DNA of 62,957 nucleotides, the filler included, from Globobulimina sp. (taxonomy: Eukaryota): NCBI GenBank assembly GCA_003354225.1. It is 52 parts of 52 records of this genome, joined end to end, with 100 filler letters (N's around TTAATTAATTAA, not from the genome) between each part and the next. Parts side by side here need not be neighbours in the genome. Positions count along the whole stretch, not along the records: positions 59,422 to 60,533 come from PIVH01023203.1; positions 60,634 to 61,745 come from PIVH01023204.1; positions 61,846 to 62,957 come from PIVH01023205.1; 49 more parts are not named here. The stretch is one strand, 5' to 3'. Every line of letters begins with the position of its first letter. Within the stretch, counting starts at the first letter, position 1. The notes under the pieces are model-generated. The model was not told the DNA's origin and ran no database searches. It saw only the letters and a program-made list of their open reading frames with translations. Positions 59,322 to 62,957 of the stretch are shown one piece after another. Both the position numbers and the translations under genes were made by a program.

Positions 59322-60338
59322 NNNNNNNNNNNNNNNNNNNNNNNNNNNNNNNNNNNNNNNNNNNNTTAATTAATTAANNNNNNNNNNNNNNNNNNNNNNN
59401 NNNNNNNNNNNNNNNNNNNNNGACAGTGGTGTGGGCGAAAGCGAAGGTAATAAAAATTTCACGATATGTATTGTGAAGATCCGAACAGCCCCCACCATCT
59501 ACTCATCTATTTTGATCTTTATTTGATTAATTACCATTTATTGTATATTTATATTTCGCGCCCTTAAATTGATTCTCATGTATTGATTGTTATACGTTAA
59601 TGGTGGCGTCTGTTTTGTTTTAGCCCACCCAGGGAGTCTTTCCTTATTCGGCGCATAAACCTGTGTTCTGAATAACTTTGCTAAGCGACATACAAGCGAG
59701 TGCATAATCCAAATCGTTTATTTCGGACATAGTTATCGGTAATAAGCTATAAAACATTAATTAAGCTAATTTTTCTTGCTCTTTTCATTCCTTCCAACTC
59801 TTGATAAACATAGTTAAATATTAAACATTTAATATTCTTTTGATTTTTCCATTTTCTTCCTGAAACATGAAGACGTTTTTCTTGGTTTTCTACAATGGAG
59901 GTTCTACCTCTTGAACTCCTGATTGCGGCTTCTTAAGTTTTGAGCGCTAATTATTACACCTAAAACCAAAAACCCTGTCCTTCCGTACTTTTTGTCCATT
60001 TGACGAAAAGTGAGGTCATTTTCTCATTCTAAAACCGGGGAGAGATAACCATTTGTTATTTTTCGCCCTTATCAACATTCTTTTGTAATATTGTACTCTA
60101 GTGGTTGTAAACCTCTCTGTTTGCATTCACTTTTTCCTTTCACTACGTTTTGGAAGTTTGCCAAATCGCTTGTTTCCATTTCTTTATGTACAGTCGTCTG
60201 CTTTGCATAAACCGGCCGACTTTTTCTCTTGTTCACTTGGAAAATTTTCCTATTTCCAATTGAGCTTTTCCCTCTTTCTCATTTCTTTCGATTAAGTGTT
60301 TGTAGTGCTCCGCCGTACTACTCATCTTAATTGTTTTT

Positions 60339-60533
60339 GTGTTTCTTGTCGCATTGTTTGCGCGTGGCTATTATTATAGTCATTTCTTTGTCAATTGTGT
60401 CACCTTTGTGAAAGGAATGCCTAGTCTGATGCTCTCTGGTTCGGATGATACCGAGATAAAATTATGGGATGTTCGCATGAATGGAAATAATGGATGTGTG
60501 GGTTCCTTAATTTCTCATGAATGTGGTATTACA
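60339..60533 (+). CDS. WD40 repeat fragment (DCAF11-like)
   Basis: VNCVTF..LSGSDDTEIKLWDVR..VGSLISHECGIT. Confidence 0.65.
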
Positions 60534-60709
60534 NNNNNNNNNNNNNNNNNNNNNNNNNNNNNNNNNNNNNNNNNNNNTTAATTAATTAANNNNNNNNNNN
60601 NNNNNNNNNNNNNNNNNNNNNNNNNNNNNNNNNAAATTTAATCAGATAAATCAATGTAGATATCCAATCAAGCATATTTATCACAAGTTTATTTTATCCT
60701 GAACAATTA

Positions 60710-61183
60710 TTATGTGTCAGTTGGATTTAATGGTTTAACAACATCAGTATCTAAATCGTGTCTAGACCCAACTTCATTGTCTTGCAGTACATCATCTAAT
60801 CCATCATTAGTATCTGCTAATTTTTCTTGTGCCATTCTAGGCGTCCACCACAATTTATATATCAAATATAGCAAAATGAGCAAAAATATATTAACAGCAA
60901 TAAGTACCCACCAGATCAAGCCAGCTAATCCTTCTTTACATGCTTCTTTAGACTCTTTACAATAACATAAATTATCAGATTGGTCAAATGAACAACAAAA
61001 TCTACATTTTGTTCCATTGATATATGCGTCGCTATCTTCTTCACAAACATTGTATTCAGGATCCGTTGCTTTTATATTACCGCATTTCCAGTCACTCATA
61101 GTACATGATGATGAACAATCGTCCTCTCCAACAACTATCCATGACACAACACATAATATTGCACTAAGTATAAACCAGATCAT
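60710..61183 (-). CDS. Small type I membrane protein with Cys-rich ectodomain
   Basis: Signal peptide MIWFILSAIL, Cys-rich region, TM helix, acidic tail. Confidence 0.75.
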   Translation of the reverse strand: MIWFILSAILCVVSWIVVGEDDCSSSCTMSDWKCGNIKATDPEYNVCEEDSDAYINGTKCRFCCSFDQSDNLCYCKESKEACKEGLAGLIWWVLIAVNIFLLILLYLIYKLWWTPRMAQEKLADTNDGLDDVLQDNEVGSRHDLDTDVVKPLNPTDT

Positions 61184-61304
61184 CTTTGAAACGAAGTTAG
61201 AATAAATTACACAGTAGCCTGAGCTTAAATAAATCTTTTCGAGCAGAAATCCGCTCACTAAGTTAACAGTGCAGCTGTCTAAACTCCCAAACTCAGATCA
61301 TAAT

Positions 61305-61380
61305 TCCTTTAACTACTAAAATTGTCCTTTAATTAACTACTCCCAGTATTTTTGTCCTTTAACTACTAAAATTGACGTCA
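61305..61380. promoter_or_regulatory. 20-bp direct repeats and TGACGTCA palindrome in a divergent intergenic region
   Basis: tcctttaactactaaaattg at 61305 and 61355, variant at 61325, TGACGTCA at 61373. Confidence 0.45.
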
Positions 61381-61412
61381 GACTTATTTAACTAGTTTTT
61401 TTTTTACCAACA

Positions 61413-61745
61413 ATGGCGCGAACAATGTCACGAATGCTCAGCAACACACTTACTAAACATCTCCGAACAAGTATCAACATACTGCGTGTCCACCACCGAC
61501 ATTTATCATTAGCTCAAACGCCAGTGCAACCATTTTCTGCATTTGAACAATGCATCGGCAACACTCCATTATTATATTTAAAATCCGCATCACGCATCGC
61601 AGGCTGTAACATCTACGGTAAAGCAGAATTTATGAATCCAGGCGGCAGTGTAAAAGATCGTGCCGCATTATGGATGATCAAAGAGGCGCAACAATCTGGT
61701 GAATTAATCAAAGGCGAACCAGGCATAGTTGTAGAAGGTACTGCA
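61413..61745 (+). CDS. Cysteine synthase (PLP-dependent) with mitochondrial-type presequence, 5' part
   Basis: IGNTPL, IYGKAEFMNPGGSVKDRAA, IVVEGTA. Confidence 0.93.
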
Positions 61746-61847
61746 NNNNNNNNNNNNNNNNNNNNNNNNNNNNNNNNNNNNNNNNNNNNTTAATTAATTA
61801 ANNNNNNNNNNNNNNNNNNNNNNNNNNNNNNNNNNNNNNNNNNNNCT

Positions 61848-62468
61848 GCTGGAATAACAGCTAATTATGAAATTTATTTATTTGGTGGACAAACATCGCA
61901 GGATAATCACGGTGAATTAATAAAACCATCCATTTGAATAAAATCAAATTATTTGGGTCCGCCTACAAATTCGCCTACAACACCATTACCAACACATTCA
62001 CCGACAATACCAACATTGTTACCATCCAAATTACCCACCCGATTACCTACCCGATCACCTACAACACCATTACCTACAACACCGTTACCTACAACCTTAC
62101 CTACAACATTACCTACAACACCATTACCTACGCATTCACCTACAGCACCAACCCAATTACCAACACAATAACCTACAGCACCAACATTATCAACAACCCA
62201 ATCACCTACTCATTCTCCTACAAATTCGCCCACCAAACCTACATTATCTCCATCACATCCTCCGACACATAATGCACATCTTAGAACTAAACATTCTATG
62301 GAATATTGGGTATTTATGGCTGTAGCTATTGGTATTTGTGTATTGGTATTGTGTGCTGCATCGATATGGTTATATAAGAAATATCAACGGGATCGCGAAA
62401 AACGATTAATATGGGCCAATGATAGAGATAGACCTGATGGTGCTCGAAGTGATCCTGTTGTCAAGTGA
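61848..62468 (+). pseudogene. Kelch-like end + PT repeats + TM surface protein with two in-frame stops
   Basis: IYLFGG..SI*(TGA 61935)IKSN..PTQ*(TAA 62169)PT..YWVFMAVAIGICVLVL in one frame. Confidence 0.7.
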
Positions 62469-62675
62469 CAGTTATTGATATCTTGTGTGTAATGTTTGCT
62501 TTTAATTTTTGATTGCATTGTGTGGTTCTTTTTTTCTAATTATAATTAACATCAATAGTATTCTATAAAAACGTTTTAAGAGCATTTAAAAAACAGAAGT
62601 AACTGCTCCGATAAAATACGAAACAAAAACAAAATCGATAAAATCCAACATGCATCAAAACAGCAATGCCGTTAA

Positions 62676-62957
62676 TTAACAAACAATATTTGAACAAGGC
62701 TGATTCGACAATACTTGCAATGCATTTTGAACCGCCATTTCAGTATTTCTAAGTTTGCATTCTCTGGTAAATGATCCAATATGTGGCATAACAATACAAT
62801 TATCAAAACTTTGCAATTTATTTAATCTATTTTCATCCAATGGTTCAGGATCCGTACAATCCAATGCCGCACCACCAATATATTTATTTGCAAGTGCATA
62901 GATAATTGAATTGGTATCGCATAATTTGCCTCTACCAACATTTATAAACCATGCGTC
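62676..62957 (-). CDS. D-2-hydroxyacid dehydrogenase / glyoxylate reductase, 3' part
   Basis: FINVGRG, IGGAALDCTDPEPL, NCIVMPHIGS. Confidence 0.92.
   Translation of the reverse strand, partial: DAWFINVGRGKLCDTNSIIYALANKYIGGAALDCTDPEPLDENRLNKLQSFDNCIVMPHIGSFTRECKLRNTEMAVQNALQVLSNQPCSNIVC

Noticed and set aside
1-62957. Regularly spaced TTAATTAATTAA with unique ~1.1-kb intervals, suggesting an array, cassette system or nanochromosomes
   Set aside because: It is an N-flanked assembly linker; contigs are length-sorted and lack telomeric ends
1-62957. Operon-like or defence-island reading of adjacent genes (e.g. Schlafen next to an endonuclease)
   Set aside because: The genes lie on different contigs, so adjacency is artificial

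Overview
This window is not a continuous locus. It is 52 unrelated contigs of 1112-1114 bp, sorted by decreasing length and joined by an artificial 100-nt spacer (44 N + TTAATTAATTAA + 44 N), so gene neighbourhoods only count within a contig. Most contigs are AT-rich, gene-dense eukaryotic DNA with short (about 55-90 nt) GT-AG introns and the standard code. Protein style suggests a rhizarian, probably foraminiferan-like protist (inference from PT-repeat surface proteins, the 'LLISGYVR...DII' N-terminal motif and GTT intron donors). A few bacterial-looking fragments and chimeric ends are consistent with single-cell amplification. Recognisable genes, mostly partial: RFC1, Vps34-like PI3K, GT10 fucosyltransferase, GNPDA/nagB, CLYBL/CitE, UNC93, RCC1-repeat, PPR, BiP-like Hsp70, DCAF13/SOF1, POLE3/DPB4, ATG9, acid ceramidase, DUS, USP, RETSAT-like, CIPK/AMPK kinase, CFAP36, PhyH, BARD1-like, iodotyrosine deiodinase, cysteine synthase and a 2-hydroxyacid dehydrogenase. 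There are also LINE endonuclease fragments, a DIRS-like gag, MITEs and tandem repeats. No multi-gene system can be demonstrated from 1.1-kb pieces. The best single-gene leads are a secreted DUF1521/MIIA-like autocleavage domain beside a eukaryotic histone-fold gene, a 7TMIC/GRL-like channel, an SH3 fused to a p22phox-like membrane domain, a Schlafen AlbA_2 protein, an intron-containing IYD and an ExE ADP-ribosyltransferase-like protein. All family assignments come from motif recognition by eye, not from database searches.
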